A stretch of 38,462 bases of DNA from Candidatus Nanohaloarchaea archaeon (GTDB taxonomy: Archaea > Nanohalarchaeota > Nanosalinia > Nanosalinales > Nanosalinaceae). The notes under the pieces were generated by a model. That model did no database searches. It was not told where the DNA came from and saw only the letters and a list, made by a program, of their open reading frames with translations. Where the stretch lies: contig JAWOFP010000040.1 of NCBI GenBank assembly GCA_046497485.1, forward strand, positions 1 through 38,462. The letters are read 5' to 3'. A program made the translations under genes and the position numbers. Below are positions 18,989-27,960 of this stretch, piece by piece; the stretch's first letter is position 1; every line of letters starts with the position of its first letter.

Positions 18989-19408
18989 CTACAGCGCCAT
19001 TTCGTCTACTGAGTGACCCCAGTAATATTCTAAATTTAGATCTTCTGCTTCATTCATGACCTTATCTTCTGCTTCCTCGAGAGCTCCTACAGCATCCTCA
19101 AGTGTATAGGATTCTCCTATCATCCAAGCAGGGTCATCAAATTGGTTTGAATGCCTTTTAAGATATCTCTTTGCCGATTGATATGCATTATCTGCAGCAT
19201 CTGGATCGCCTCTTGAGAGATGTAGAACTGTTTTTCCTAAATCAATTCCTAAATCGTACATCTCTTCCTCTGATTTAGTTTGAAAACCTAAGCTTCTCAT
19301 CACAGAATTTGCTCCGTATTGAGCATCTGTAGCTGATAGAGGTTCGTGCCGTTGTTCAGATTTTACAGTTTTGTAAACTTCTTCTTTGACAGATTCTGGT
19401 TTATTCAT
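18989..19408 (-). CDS. Orphan helical hypothetical protein
   Basis: Lies between the two repeats; start MNKPES at 19408 preferred. Confidence 0.65.
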   Translation of the reverse strand: MNKPESVKEEVYKTVKSEQRHEPLSATDAQYGANSVMRSLGFQTKSEEEMYDLGIDLGKTVLHLSRGDPDAADNAYQSAKRYLKRHSNQFDDPAWMIGESYTLEDAVGALEEAEDKVMNEAEDLNLEYYWGHSVDEMAL

Positions 19409-19536
19409 AATTTTACCCTTATATTTACTACTTAGTAACAACATTTTAAATATGTTTCCCTGAACCATATTTTAGCCAAGATAATCTATAGAGATTACAA
19501 TCCGAATTACTCAAAAAGCAATCTTGAATACAGTAT

Positions 19537-19617
19537 AGGTTTGGACTCTGTGCCTTTTCACTCCCCGAACACGGGTTAAAGGCATTACAGCCAACGCTCT
19601 CTATGTTTTTTACACTG
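19537..19617 (-). ncRNA. Structured repeat copy 2, candidate small RNA
   Basis: Shares AGGTTTGGACTCTGTGCCTTTTCAC, TTAAAGGCATTA and CAACGCTCTCTATGTTT with copy 1. Confidence 0.55.
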
Positions 19618-19678
19618 TTAAACAAAGTTTTAATTAGCTTAGTTTTATACCAAGCCCTACAAATATTCGGTCTCGAAC

Positions 19679-20659
19679 TTAGAGAGATTCTTCTTCAAGT
19701 CTTTCTATAATCCCTTCTCTCATTTCTGCGTGTGTTTCTTCATCGAACTGTGAACCCCAGTTGGCGAATCCAGCAGCAAGCCAGGCAGTCGTGGCAAACC
19801 TATAAACTTCTCGCCTCTCATCAAATCCTTCATCAATCGAGTTGTTCTGCCTATAGCCCTCGTAAAGATTCTCTCTCAAGGATTCTTTGGTTTCATCATC
19901 CTTAAAGTGCAAATCCCAATCTATCAGCAAGTATTCTGCCCTTGCCAAGTCGTATTCGTTATGCCCTATTCTTGGATGACTCCAATCTATGAAACCTGTA
20001 ACTTCATCTCCTTCAACAAGCAGATTGTCAAGTCGGTTATCCGAGTGGTTAAGGACAAGTTCTGGTTCTTCAGGTATTCGCTCTCGTATTTCTGCTTCTG
20101 GCGTTTCTATCTCCACAGGTTCTTCCCACTTATCCTCTACAATATCTGCCCAAGCATCAATTGTGCCCTGTAGCGACCATGTCCATTTCTCTGCGTCATC
20201 CGTGGTTTGAAGTTCGCCATCCTCTGCAGAAAGTAGTCCGTAGTTCTCAAAGGATGTTGGAATATTGTGTATCTTACCGAGAATTTCTCCGTATTTATAC
20301 ATCAGGTTGCCAAGTTGCTCGTTTGACAAGTCGTGCTTTATTTTATCTGGGTTCTCCCCTGTCAGTTTCTCCATCACGTAGAACGAGTTCTCATAATCTT
20401 CCTCAGAAAAGTCTTTGTAAATTATTTCAGGAGAAGGAACATAAGTATTATTTGCGACTAATTCGTAGATTTTGGGTTCGGCTCTAAACCAGCCTATCTC
20501 GTTTTCTTCATTAGTATGAACTTTGAGAATATATTGTTCGTCTTTGGATTCAAGCTTATAGATCGTGTTCAAGCCCTCATCTACAGGCGTCCAGTCATAA
20601 CTGTCGCCCATCTCACCTTCAACTTGTCCTTTTAGCTTTTCCAAACCTGATTCGCCCAT
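19679..20659 (-). CDS. Aminoglycoside phosphotransferase (APH)-family kinase
   Basis: YILKV, HSDNRLDNLL, FIDWS, YDLA. Confidence 0.9.
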   Translation of the reverse strand: MGESGLEKLKGQVEGEMGDSYDWTPVDEGLNTIYKLESKDEQYILKVHTNEENEIGWFRAEPKIYELVANNTYVPSPEIIYKDFSEEDYENSFYVMEKLTGENPDKIKHDLSNEQLGNLMYKYGEILGKIHNIPTSFENYGLLSAEDGELQTTDDAEKWTWSLQGTIDAWADIVEDKWEEPVEIETPEAEIRERIPEEPELVLNHSDNRLDNLLVEGDEVTGFIDWSHPRIGHNEYDLARAEYLLIDWDLHFKDDETKESLRENLYEGYRQNNSIDEGFDERREVYRFATTAWLAAGFANWGSQFDEETHAEMREGIIERLEEESL

Positions 20660-20757
20660 ATTTACTATTTCTTATTCGAGATTATAAAACTTTCGATATT
20701 TTTGTCACCGCATGGTAAATACGATATCAGAACAGTGATTCGAATACGGGGTAAGTT

Positions 20758-20831
20758 TGGACTCTTCGGGATTTGAACCCGAGGCCTCTTCCCTGCCAAG
20801 GAAGCGTTCTGCCAGACTGAACTAAGAGCCC
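20758..20831 (-). tRNA. tRNA-Ala(GGC)
   Basis: Acceptor GGGCTCT/AGAGTCC-A with G3:U70, anticodon arm CTTCC-TT-GGC-AG-GGAAG. Confidence 0.96.
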
Positions 20832-20907
20832 TGTAAAATGTGGTGAATCAGTGATTCTTTAAAAGGTATTACGAGATACATAAAGCTTTACTATCGAATG
20901 GTAGCAT

Positions 20908-21210
20908 ATGAAGGCCAAGGTTGTTACACCTGATTATATTTCAGGAAGAGTTGAAGGCGAGGTAATGATAGGTAATCAGGCCTATAATGTGAGAGGTACG
21001 GATTATGGCACTAGTTTTCATCTAAAAGTTGATGGGGAAGACTGCAGTTACAGCGACACCCATAATTATTCGGATATCAACAGCCTTGAAAATTCGAATA
21101 GTACTTTAAAAGAACTATTTGACCTGGCAAAAGATAATATTCAGGCCTGGAATAGAGATAATCAAATCCTGTATGTGGGAGAAAGAGAGTTAGATGACCT
21201 ATGTTATTAG
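20908..21210 (+). CDS. Hypothetical protein
   Basis: 100 aa ORF, no family recognised. Confidence 0.55.
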   Translation: MKAKVVTPDYISGRVEGEVMIGNQAYNVRGTDYGTSFHLKVDGEDCSYSDTHNYSDINSLENSNSTLKELFDLAKDNIQAWNRDNQILYVGERELDDLCY

Positions 21211-21764
21211 CCAATTATTTCCGCTTCTCCAATGAAGGCCTGTAAAATTCCTTCTTCTAGGCCGTACCACATTCCGAAGGCCAGTGACATCTCCATTATC
21301 AGAAATCCGACGAAAGAGTAACTCAAGAAAGTTTTTACATTTACATCTAGTAGCCCTGCAGGAATCGCTATCAGTCCGTTCCCTACTGGCAGAAACCTCA
21401 TCACTATTAGGCTTGTGGGAGCGTTTTTCTTAACTGTCCAGTTCATAAATTTCCAGAATCTGGAATCAAATCTATCGTCTGCGAAATATCTATGGCCTAA
21501 GAATTTTGAAAATAGGAACATTATGAAGTTCCCTGCGACCAGCATCATTGCAGAAATAGTTGCGATACCGAAAACTTCAAGGAAACTGTCAGCATATACC
21601 ATTACAAATGTAGGAGTAACAATTGCATCCGGCACCACAAGTAAAAGACCCATACCGCTGATAAACTGGGCTCCCGCGTACATCGACAGGCCATATTCGA
21701 TTAACAGCTCTTGGAAAATCATCTCTATATTTCCAAAATACTGAGCAATCAATCCTCTAATCAT
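21207..21764 (-). CDS. DedA/VTT-domain membrane protein
   Basis: MRFLPVGNGLIAIPAGL motif; multiple TM segments. Confidence 0.8.
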   Translation of the reverse strand: MIRGLIAQYFGNIEMIFQELLIEYGLSMYAGAQFISGMGLLLVVPDAIVTPTFVMVYADSFLEVFGIATISAMMLVAGNFIMFLFSKFLGHRYFADDRFDSRFWKFMNWTVKKNAPTSLIVMRFLPVGNGLIAIPAGLLDVNVKTFLSYSFVGFLIMEMSLAFGMWYGLEEGILQAFIGEAEIIG

Positions 21765-21799
21765 ACTAACTCAAAATTAAATTTTAGACTTAATATATT

Positions 21800-22423
21800 T
21801 CACTTAGAAGACAGTAGTTCAACTTCCTCCACTTCAACTTCTCCGTCATCCAGAGTCACGGAAAAGGCCTTTCCTGAGTCAAAGCTGGAGGCATTTAGTA
21901 CTTTTGTACCCATCAATTCATTTTCTCCAAAGTCTTCATGCACATGTCCATTAACCCATAGAGCAGGTTTATGCTTCATAATCATTCTACGGAACTGATC
22001 GAAACCGATTCTCTTACCTGAAGTAATTTTGTCTCCCAACTTTTTCGGAGGGTAATGTGAGCAGATAATCAATTTTTCAGGGTCTGTGTCTTCAATCATT
22101 TCAGCAACTTTCTCTTGCACATCATCAGGGAAGTCACCGCCAATCATAATTAACTTGTACTCGTCATCGATATCCGCCTCCAAAAAATGGAAAACAGGCA
22201 GGCCTTCCAGGTCTTCTTCAGTCATGTGAAGATCTCTGTTACCTGTTGTTCCGATAGCCGCGACATCTAGTCCTTCGAAAAGCCTTTCAGCGTAGTCTAG
22301 ATCCATGTAGTCTCCTGCGTTTATGTAAAGGTCGTAATTGTTCTCCTCAAGTTCTTCTCTACATGCCTCCAAAAGCTCCTCTCGAGCGTGGAAGTCTCCC
22401 GCTACCAGCATTTTTAGACTCAT
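21800..22423 (-). CDS. Calcineurin-like metallophosphoesterase
   Basis: GDFH, AGD, GNRD, SHYPP, GHVHE. Confidence 0.9.
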   Translation of the reverse strand: MSLKMLVAGDFHAREELLEACREELEENNYDLYINAGDYMDLDYAERLFEGLDVAAIGTTGNRDLHMTEEDLEGLPVFHFLEADIDDEYKLIMIGGDFPDDVQEKVAEMIEDTDPEKLIICSHYPPKKLGDKITSGKRIGFDQFRRMIMKHKPALWVNGHVHEDFGENELMGTKVLNASSFDSGKAFSVTLDDGEVEVEEVELLSSK

Positions 22424-22452
22424 TAATAAGAAAAGAATAGGAGTGAAAACTT

Positions 22453-22773
22453 TTAATCTACATGCTCCAGGGCCTCAAGACCATAAGCCATCGAAGCACC
22501 AGCCTTAACCTCCGAAGCTAAATGAACTGTATGAGCAATTTCTTCCTTGGATGCGCCATGCTTAGCTGCTTTCTGGCCGTGAGTATGCACACAGTAAGGA
22601 CACTGAGCCGCAGCACTCGCAGCAAGCATCAGAAGTTCACGAGTCTTATTGTCGAAAACTGATTCAGTCGCTAACTCTTTCTGCCATTCTTGATACTTCT
22701 CCCATATACTTCCTGAGGCCTCAACAAATTCCTGAGAATCTTCAATATGCTCTTCATCTATTGGATTGGACAT
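22453..22773 (-). CDS. CMD/AhpD-family protein
   Basis: KTRELLMLAAS, CPYCVHTH, GASKEEI. Confidence 0.9.
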   Translation of the reverse strand: MSNPIDEEHIEDSQEFVEASGSIWEKYQEWQKELATESVFDNKTRELLMLAASAAAQCPYCVHTHGQKAAKHGASKEEIAHTVHLASEVKAGASMAYGLEALEHVD

Positions 22774-22878
22774 CTTTGAATCACAGATAATTTTTCGAGA
22801 ATCTGGAATTTATAGTGTGTGGAAAAAGAAATAATTAATACAATACCAGCACTGAGGCCTCAAGACTTGAGATCTGAT

Positions 22879-23283
22879 TCAATAAGCTCTATCTACTATA
22901 TCTGTGTCAAATGATGATGCCCCTGTTGCAGCATAATCGCTGAAAGCATCTCCATTTTGAACATTAGTCACGACCTCTCCATTGTACATTAACGGTATTT
23001 CATTATCCATCCCGACAAATGTGCTAACAAACCAGTCGTGAATATCTTCGCCGAGACCATAATCGCTCATTTCTATAAATCCTGCCTGCTTAAATTCATC
23101 AAGTTCACTGACTCCATCATCAAAAGGAGTATCAATATTAATTTCGTAAGTCTCGATCTCATAGAAAAGACTTTCTTCATCTCTTTCATAGTCAACCTTG
23201 ACCCTAATATTAGGCACATTATCCGGAGCTTCATCCAATATTCGATCCACAACCGCCTCACAAGAATGCTCCTCTGAGTCCAT
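22879..23283 (-). CDS. Acidic hypothetical protein
   Basis: Highly acidic ORF, no family recognised. Confidence 0.6.
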   Translation of the reverse strand: MDSEEHSCEAVVDRILDEAPDNVPNIRVKVDYERDEESLFYEIETYEINIDTPFDDGVSELDEFKQAGFIEMSDYGLGEDIHDWFVSTFVGMDNEIPLMYNGEVVTNVQNGDAFSDYAATGASSFDTDIVDRAY

Positions 23284-23442
23284 AAAACACACTACAGTAA
23301 CAAAATTTAAATAAAGCTCTTATTCATGGTAAAAACCAAGGCCTCAACTTGAATTATACCGGACATCGCCCACCAGAAATTCTATTCTACAGAAGTCCTA
23401 GAAAATTAAGAACTTAACAATCAGGAAACAATTAAATTTTTT

Positions 23443-24189
23443 ATGAAAAACATTAATGGAAAGACGGCAATAATTACAGGAGCCTCCTCAGGAATCGGAG
23501 AGGCAACAGCCCACAAACTAGCGGAAAACCAGGCCTCAGTAGTTCTCGCATCCAGAAGCAAGGAAAAACTGGAAGGAATAGCAGATGAGATCGAGGAAAA
23601 ACATGGAGTCAAGACAAAGGTTATTCCGACGGATGTAACGGATGAAAAAGAAGTAGAGAATCTTTTCGAGAAAACTCAGAAAGAATTTGGAGAAATAGAT
23701 ATAGTCATCAGTAACGCAGGCCTCGCGATGAGCGGAGAAGTAGAAGAGATGCCGACAGAACACTACAGAAAGAATAATGGAGTTAATATTGATGGAATGT
23801 TCTTCACAGGTCGAGAAGCAATACCTTACCTGAAAGAAACAGAAGGAAATCTGATCTTCCTCGGCAGCATCGCAGGAAAATATCCTAGAGGAGGGAACCC
23901 AGTCTATGCGGCTTCGAAGGCCTGGACAATAAGCTTTACGAAAAACCTCTCAGCACAGATCGGAGATTCAGGAGTAGCAGTAACAGTTGTTAATCCTTCA
24001 GAAGTCCGGACCGACTTCAACTCAGAAGAAGGAACAGCCTTCAAAGAAGCCTTCGAGGAAGGATCAGTTACTGAGCCAGAAAGTATCGCTGAAGGAATTC
24101 TGTTTGCGGCAAAGCAGGAAAGCACCAACACCGTCGAAGAATTAGATCTATTTAGAAGAGATAAGTTAAGCGATATGGAATTAGGATAG
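23443..24189 (+). CDS. SDR-family oxidoreductase
   Basis: TGASSGIG, NAG, YAASK. Confidence 0.95.
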   Translation: MKNINGKTAIITGASSGIGEATAHKLAENQASVVLASRSKEKLEGIADEIEEKHGVKTKVIPTDVTDEKEVENLFEKTQKEFGEIDIVISNAGLAMSGEVEEMPTEHYRKNNGVNIDGMFFTGREAIPYLKETEGNLIFLGSIAGKYPRGGNPVYAASKAWTISFTKNLSAQIGDSGVAVTVVNPSEVRTDFNSEEGTAFKEAFEEGSVTEPESIAEGILFAAKQESTNTVEELDLFRRDKLSDMELG

Positions 24190-24272
24190 AATGGTCCGCC
24201 CGCAACATCCAACCCTAATCAGGTTGGACGACACTACTTCTTCGACTTATGTTTAGTTATGAAAAAGAAAAC

Positions 24273-25202
24273 TTATCTATCTAGGATTTCTATGTCTAGT
24301 TTACTGTTGTACTTGTATCTTCGTCCTCGCCATACAAAATCCTTTCTAAATAATCCATAGAGCGAAAGGAAGGGAAAAAGCAAGAGTGAGGCATATCCTA
24401 GCAAGAAACTTGGTCTTCTCCCGCCTAGAAAACCATATACTCCCAGAAAACCAGTTGTTGAAAGCAAGAAAGATTCAAAAGGATATACTAAGCATCCTAT
24501 TGAGATAAGAATAAATCCTATAGTTAGGAAAATTGTTTTGATTGGTTCATGATATCTTACATGTTTCATGAAACGGGTTATTCTCTCTAGAGAGTCTTTG
24601 AATGTTTGATCTATCTTCACTCTTCTTGTTCTTCTAACTGTCTCTCCATCAAGATGTTCTGAAAGAAGCACATCGTCAGCTATAGTAGATTTTAGTTCTT
24701 TCAGGAATTTTTCCTCGTTGAAAGTATCTCTATCGAACATGACTGCTCCTCCCCATGCTTGATCCTCAAACCATGTTACAAACATTACTAGGGCATAAAT
24801 TGGTTCGGTAACGACACCAAGCGGGTTCTGACCTATGAAGAAGGGAAGTTCTGAGACAGCACCGTATTTGTCACAATCTTCATGTAGTGCTTCAAGCCAA
24901 TTATCGGGATGATGGAAATCATCATCAGTCCATACAACTCTATTGTTCTCAGCTTCATTCATCCCTTCAAAAATAGCATTAGCTTTTCCAGAACAACCTT
25001 CAGGTTCTCCAGCTACAATCAACCTGATATTTTCATTGGAAGCGAATACATCTGATTTTGCAATTTCATCCCCTTCAGAATCACAAACTACTAGAAGTTC
25101 GTCCTGTTCTCTTATCTGACTAGAAAGTTCACTGACTACATCGCCTTTTGAGAGAGTCGGCAAGATTACGCTAGTAGCTGGATAAATATTTTCTGAAGAC
25201 AT
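24273..25202 (-). CDS. GT2/GT21-like membrane glycosyltransferase
   Basis: SVILPT, SGKANA, WTDDD, WGG, DD, RxxRF, C-terminal TM helices and WRGRRY. Confidence 0.85.
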   Translation of the reverse strand: MSSENIYPATSVILPTLSKGDVVSELSSQIREQDELLVVCDSEGDEIAKSDVFASNENIRLIVAGEPEGCSGKANAIFEGMNEAENNRVVWTDDDFHHPDNWLEALHEDCDKYGAVSELPFFIGQNPLGVVTEPIYALVMFVTWFEDQAWGGAVMFDRDTFNEEKFLKELKSTIADDVLLSEHLDGETVRRTRRVKIDQTFKDSLERITRFMKHVRYHEPIKTIFLTIGFILISIGCLVYPFESFLLSTTGFLGVYGFLGGRRPSFLLGYASLLLFPFLSLYGLFRKDFVWRGRRYKYNSKLDIEILDR

Positions 25203-25271
25203 AGTTTAATCTAAAACTTGTAGGAATTAAAAACAAACTCGGTTTTCCGACCACTACAACCCTATTTGACA

Positions 25272-25395
25272 TGGTCCACCCGGGATTCGAACCCGGGACC
25301 GCCGCCTCTCTCGAGGTCAACAGACAGGCCTTTCCGGCGAATACTGTCTATTGGTCCTTATAAGGACGGTGCTCTAACCCCTGAGCTAGTGGACC
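25272..25395 (-). tRNA. tRNA-Ile(TAT) with a 51-nt intron at 37/38 (25308-25358)
   Basis: Acceptor GGTCCAC/GTGGACC-A; CCGTC-CT-TAT-A^intron^A-GGCGG; intron stem CAATAGACAG/CTGTCTGTTG; TTCGAAT T-loop. Confidence 0.88.
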
Positions 25396-25479
25396 CTTTA
25401 ATGTTGTAGAGGAGGCCTATTCTAAAAAAGGCTTACACGATAGGACAAATTATTTAATAGTTACTGGCAAGTAGCAATT

Positions 25480-25632
25480 ATGAGTTTTTATTCTGATGAG
25501 GGGCAGTACGAAGACCTACCACTAGAGAAAGCTATAGAACGTGCGAGTATCGACGGATGGGTAGAAGAACTTCAATCAGATAGTCCTGAAATACCTGAGG
25601 ATTACAGTCAAACTACTGATCTTTCCCAGTAA
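25480..25632 (+). CDS. Acidic microprotein (50 aa)
   Basis: MSFYSDEGQYEDLPLEKAIERASIDGWVEELQSDSPEIPEDYSQTTDLSQ; TATTTAA about 25 nt upstream. Confidence 0.55.
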   Translation: MSFYSDEGQYEDLPLEKAIERASIDGWVEELQSDSPEIPEDYSQTTDLSQ

Positions 25633-25711
25633 GTATACTGAAGAACTTTAGGTCAGGTTAATAAATCTTCCAATACCTTTTTTTGTTGTAAAGTTCTAAA
25701 GGTGTCAATGA

Positions 25712-26422
25712 ATGCAGATGACTAATCCACAGCAGCAACAGTATGACCGCGGAAAAACAATCTTCTCCCCTGATGGAAGGCTTTTCCAGGTAGAGTACGC
25801 AAAAGAAGCAGTTAAAAAAGGAGCAACAGCACTGGGAATAACTTTCGACGGCGGAACAGTCCTAGCCGCTACCAGAAGCACTCCAGAGCTACAGGTAAGA
25901 AACCCTGAAAAAGTATTCAAAATCGACGATCACATCGGTGTCGCAACTTCAGGCCTTGTAGCTGACGGAAGAACACTTGTAGAAGAAGCAAGGAACGAAG
26001 CTCAGAAACACTTAATGACTTATGACGAAGACATCCCTCCAAGCGTACTAGCAAAGTTCATCGCAGATAGATGCCAGCAGTTCACACAGTACGGAGGAGT
26101 AAGGCCTTACGGACTCTCCACAATCTCAGGAGGAATCAAGGACGGAAACGCAACCGTTTTCCATACAGATCCTTCAGGAACACTCTCTGAATGGAACGCA
26201 GTAACAATTGGTAAAGGCCGTGAAGAAGCCGAAGAACATCTAAACGAAAACTGGGATGAAGATCTTTCAGAGAAAGAAGCAATCGACCTAGCAGTTTCAG
26301 CACTGAAAGAAGGAGAAGAAGACATTGAATTAAACAATGTAGAGCTTTCAGTAGTAGACGAAGAAAACGGCTTCCAGAGATTTAGTCCAGAAGACCTTGA
26401 AGACAAAGGCGTAGAACTTTAA
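25712..26422 (+). CDS. psmA: Proteasome alpha subunit
   Basis: YDRGKTIFSPDGRLFQVEYA, GGVRPYG, TDPSG. Confidence 0.98.
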   Translation: MQMTNPQQQQYDRGKTIFSPDGRLFQVEYAKEAVKKGATALGITFDGGTVLAATRSTPELQVRNPEKVFKIDDHIGVATSGLVADGRTLVEEARNEAQKHLMTYDEDIPPSVLAKFIADRCQQFTQYGGVRPYGLSTISGGIKDGNATVFHTDPSGTLSEWNAVTIGKGREEAEEHLNENWDEDLSEKEAIDLAVSALKEGEEDIELNNVELSVVDEENGFQRFSPEDLEDKGVEL

Positions 26423-26505
26423 ACTACATATCCACTTTTTCCACTTTACTTTTTCTCTCAAAGAATATCGATACAAGATAGAAATAGGCCTTAGAATCAA
26501 TTTAC

Positions 26506-27138
26506 TTGCGAAATATCGATAAAATAATAAAGTCGAAATATCTTTATTACTGCTTAGAGCATTATGAATTAGATGGATGTGGATATGCCTTGATCAAAAA
26601 ACGCAGAGCGATTTTCATAATAGCGTTTATTGTAATTTTATCAGGCGGCCTAATAGCTATAATTGCTTCAGGCATATACACCCCGTTCTATCAGGGAGAT
26701 CCTTTTTTCTCAAAGGAATGGCCTGAGTTGAATACCTCTTATGATTCTGAAAATGAAGAACTTACCTTGGCAGTAGAAGAAGGAGCATTCACTCAGTTAA
26801 GGAGCACCCACATAAGATTCTATCAATCTAATGGAGAAAGTAACACTAATTTTACACTTAAGACAGATGGTAGAGAAAAGAAAACAAACTATTGGGCCAA
26901 AGATGGCCTTCTTACATTCAATTCTGAAGGCCTTACACGGTTCCCTATATTGCCGGGAGATTCTGTTACTCTAGAGTTAGGCGAAAGCCGTGAAGATATA
27001 GCTGTAATGACCATACATGGCGGCGCAAGAACAACAAACTATATTTTGGTGTTTGAAAATGAAAGTGTCAAAGTCACCCATCTTGGAGAAAAGATGGACA
27101 GAATAGAAGAGAATCGGGAGAACAGGACGATTGAATAA
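26506..27138 (+). CDS. Membrane-anchored surface protein, possibly archaeal pilin-like
   Basis: KKRRA followed by a hydrophobic helix; beta-rich body with PGDSVTL; true start probably downstream (near 26590). Confidence 0.5.
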   Translation: MRNIDKIIKSKYLYYCLEHYELDGCGYALIKKRRAIFIIAFIVILSGGLIAIIASGIYTPFYQGDPFFSKEWPELNTSYDSENEELTLAVEEGAFTQLRSTHIRFYQSNGESNTNFTLKTDGREKKTNYWAKDGLLTFNSEGLTRFPILPGDSVTLELGESREDIAVMTIHGGARTTNYILVFENESVKVTHLGEKMDRIEENRENRTIE

Positions 27139-27213
27139 AAAATCCTATATCAGGAAAATGTCAAGGCCTGAATTCTTCAAAGACTGTTTAAATCTCAGGA
27201 GCAATTACATGTT

Positions 27214-27960
27214 ATGAGTCAGCAGGGAAATGTAAGCACTGGAGATAAAGGATCTGGAGAGAACCTTGGAAATCTCGACAGTTCAGAAGCTATTAGAATC
27301 AGATATGAAGGAGACAAAGTCTTCGAGATACTTGTCGAACCTGAACTTGCGAAAGAGGTAAAGTTCGAGGACAAAGACCACGAGATTCAAAGACTGCTGT
27401 TTGTACAGGAAGTATTCATTGACGCGAATGAGGGAGAGAAGGCCTCTCCAAGCGAGTTAGAGGACGAGTTTGGAACAAAGAAAATTATGGAAGCTGCCGA
27501 TGAAATATTCAGGAAAGGAAAGATGCAGCTAACCACAGATCAAAAAGCTGAGATGAGAGAAGATAAGAGACAGCAAGTGATTTCCATGATAGCTAGACGG
27601 GCACAGGACCCAAAGACAGGGAATCCTCATCCGCCTCAGCGAGTCGAGAACGCATTGGAGGAAGCAGGATTTGATTTTGATGCAATGGAAGACGTGGAAA
27701 GTCAGTTCAAGGATGCGGTTGAAGCGATCAGGCCTATCATACCGGTCTCACTAGACGAGAAAACTGTCGCAATCAAAGTTCCGAGCGATTCCGGTGGTAA
27801 GGCCTACAACATGATCCAACAGAAAGCCGAAGTAATTGAAGAGCAGTGGGGTAACGAATACTTTTACGCCAAAATTAGAGTCCCTGCAGGAATTCTGACA
27901 GAGTTAATGGAAGAGATCCAAGCCTTGACATCCGGCAAATCAAAGGTAGAAGATGTATGA
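27214..27960 (+). CDS. Ribosome maturation factor SBDS/Sdo1
   Basis: FEILVEP, GKMQLTTDQK, DPKTGNPHPPQRVENA. Confidence 0.96.
   Translation: MSQQGNVSTGDKGSGENLGNLDSSEAIRIRYEGDKVFEILVEPELAKEVKFEDKDHEIQRLLFVQEVFIDANEGEKASPSELEDEFGTKKIMEAADEIFRKGKMQLTTDQKAEMREDKRQQVISMIARRAQDPKTGNPHPPQRVENALEEAGFDFDAMEDVESQFKDAVEAIRPIIPVSLDEKTVAIKVPSDSGGKAYNMIQQKAEVIEEQWGNEYFYAKIRVPAGILTELMEEIQALTSGKSKVEDV

Noticed and set aside
19564..19579. CCCGAACACGG matches the 5S rRNA loop C region
   Set aside because: Present in only one repeat copy, the rest of 5S is absent, and G-U and promoter evidence favours the opposite strand
18797..19617. The two repeats as CRISPR repeats or IS ends
   Set aside because: Only two copies, 740 nt apart, in direct orientation, with no transposase motif in the intervening ORF
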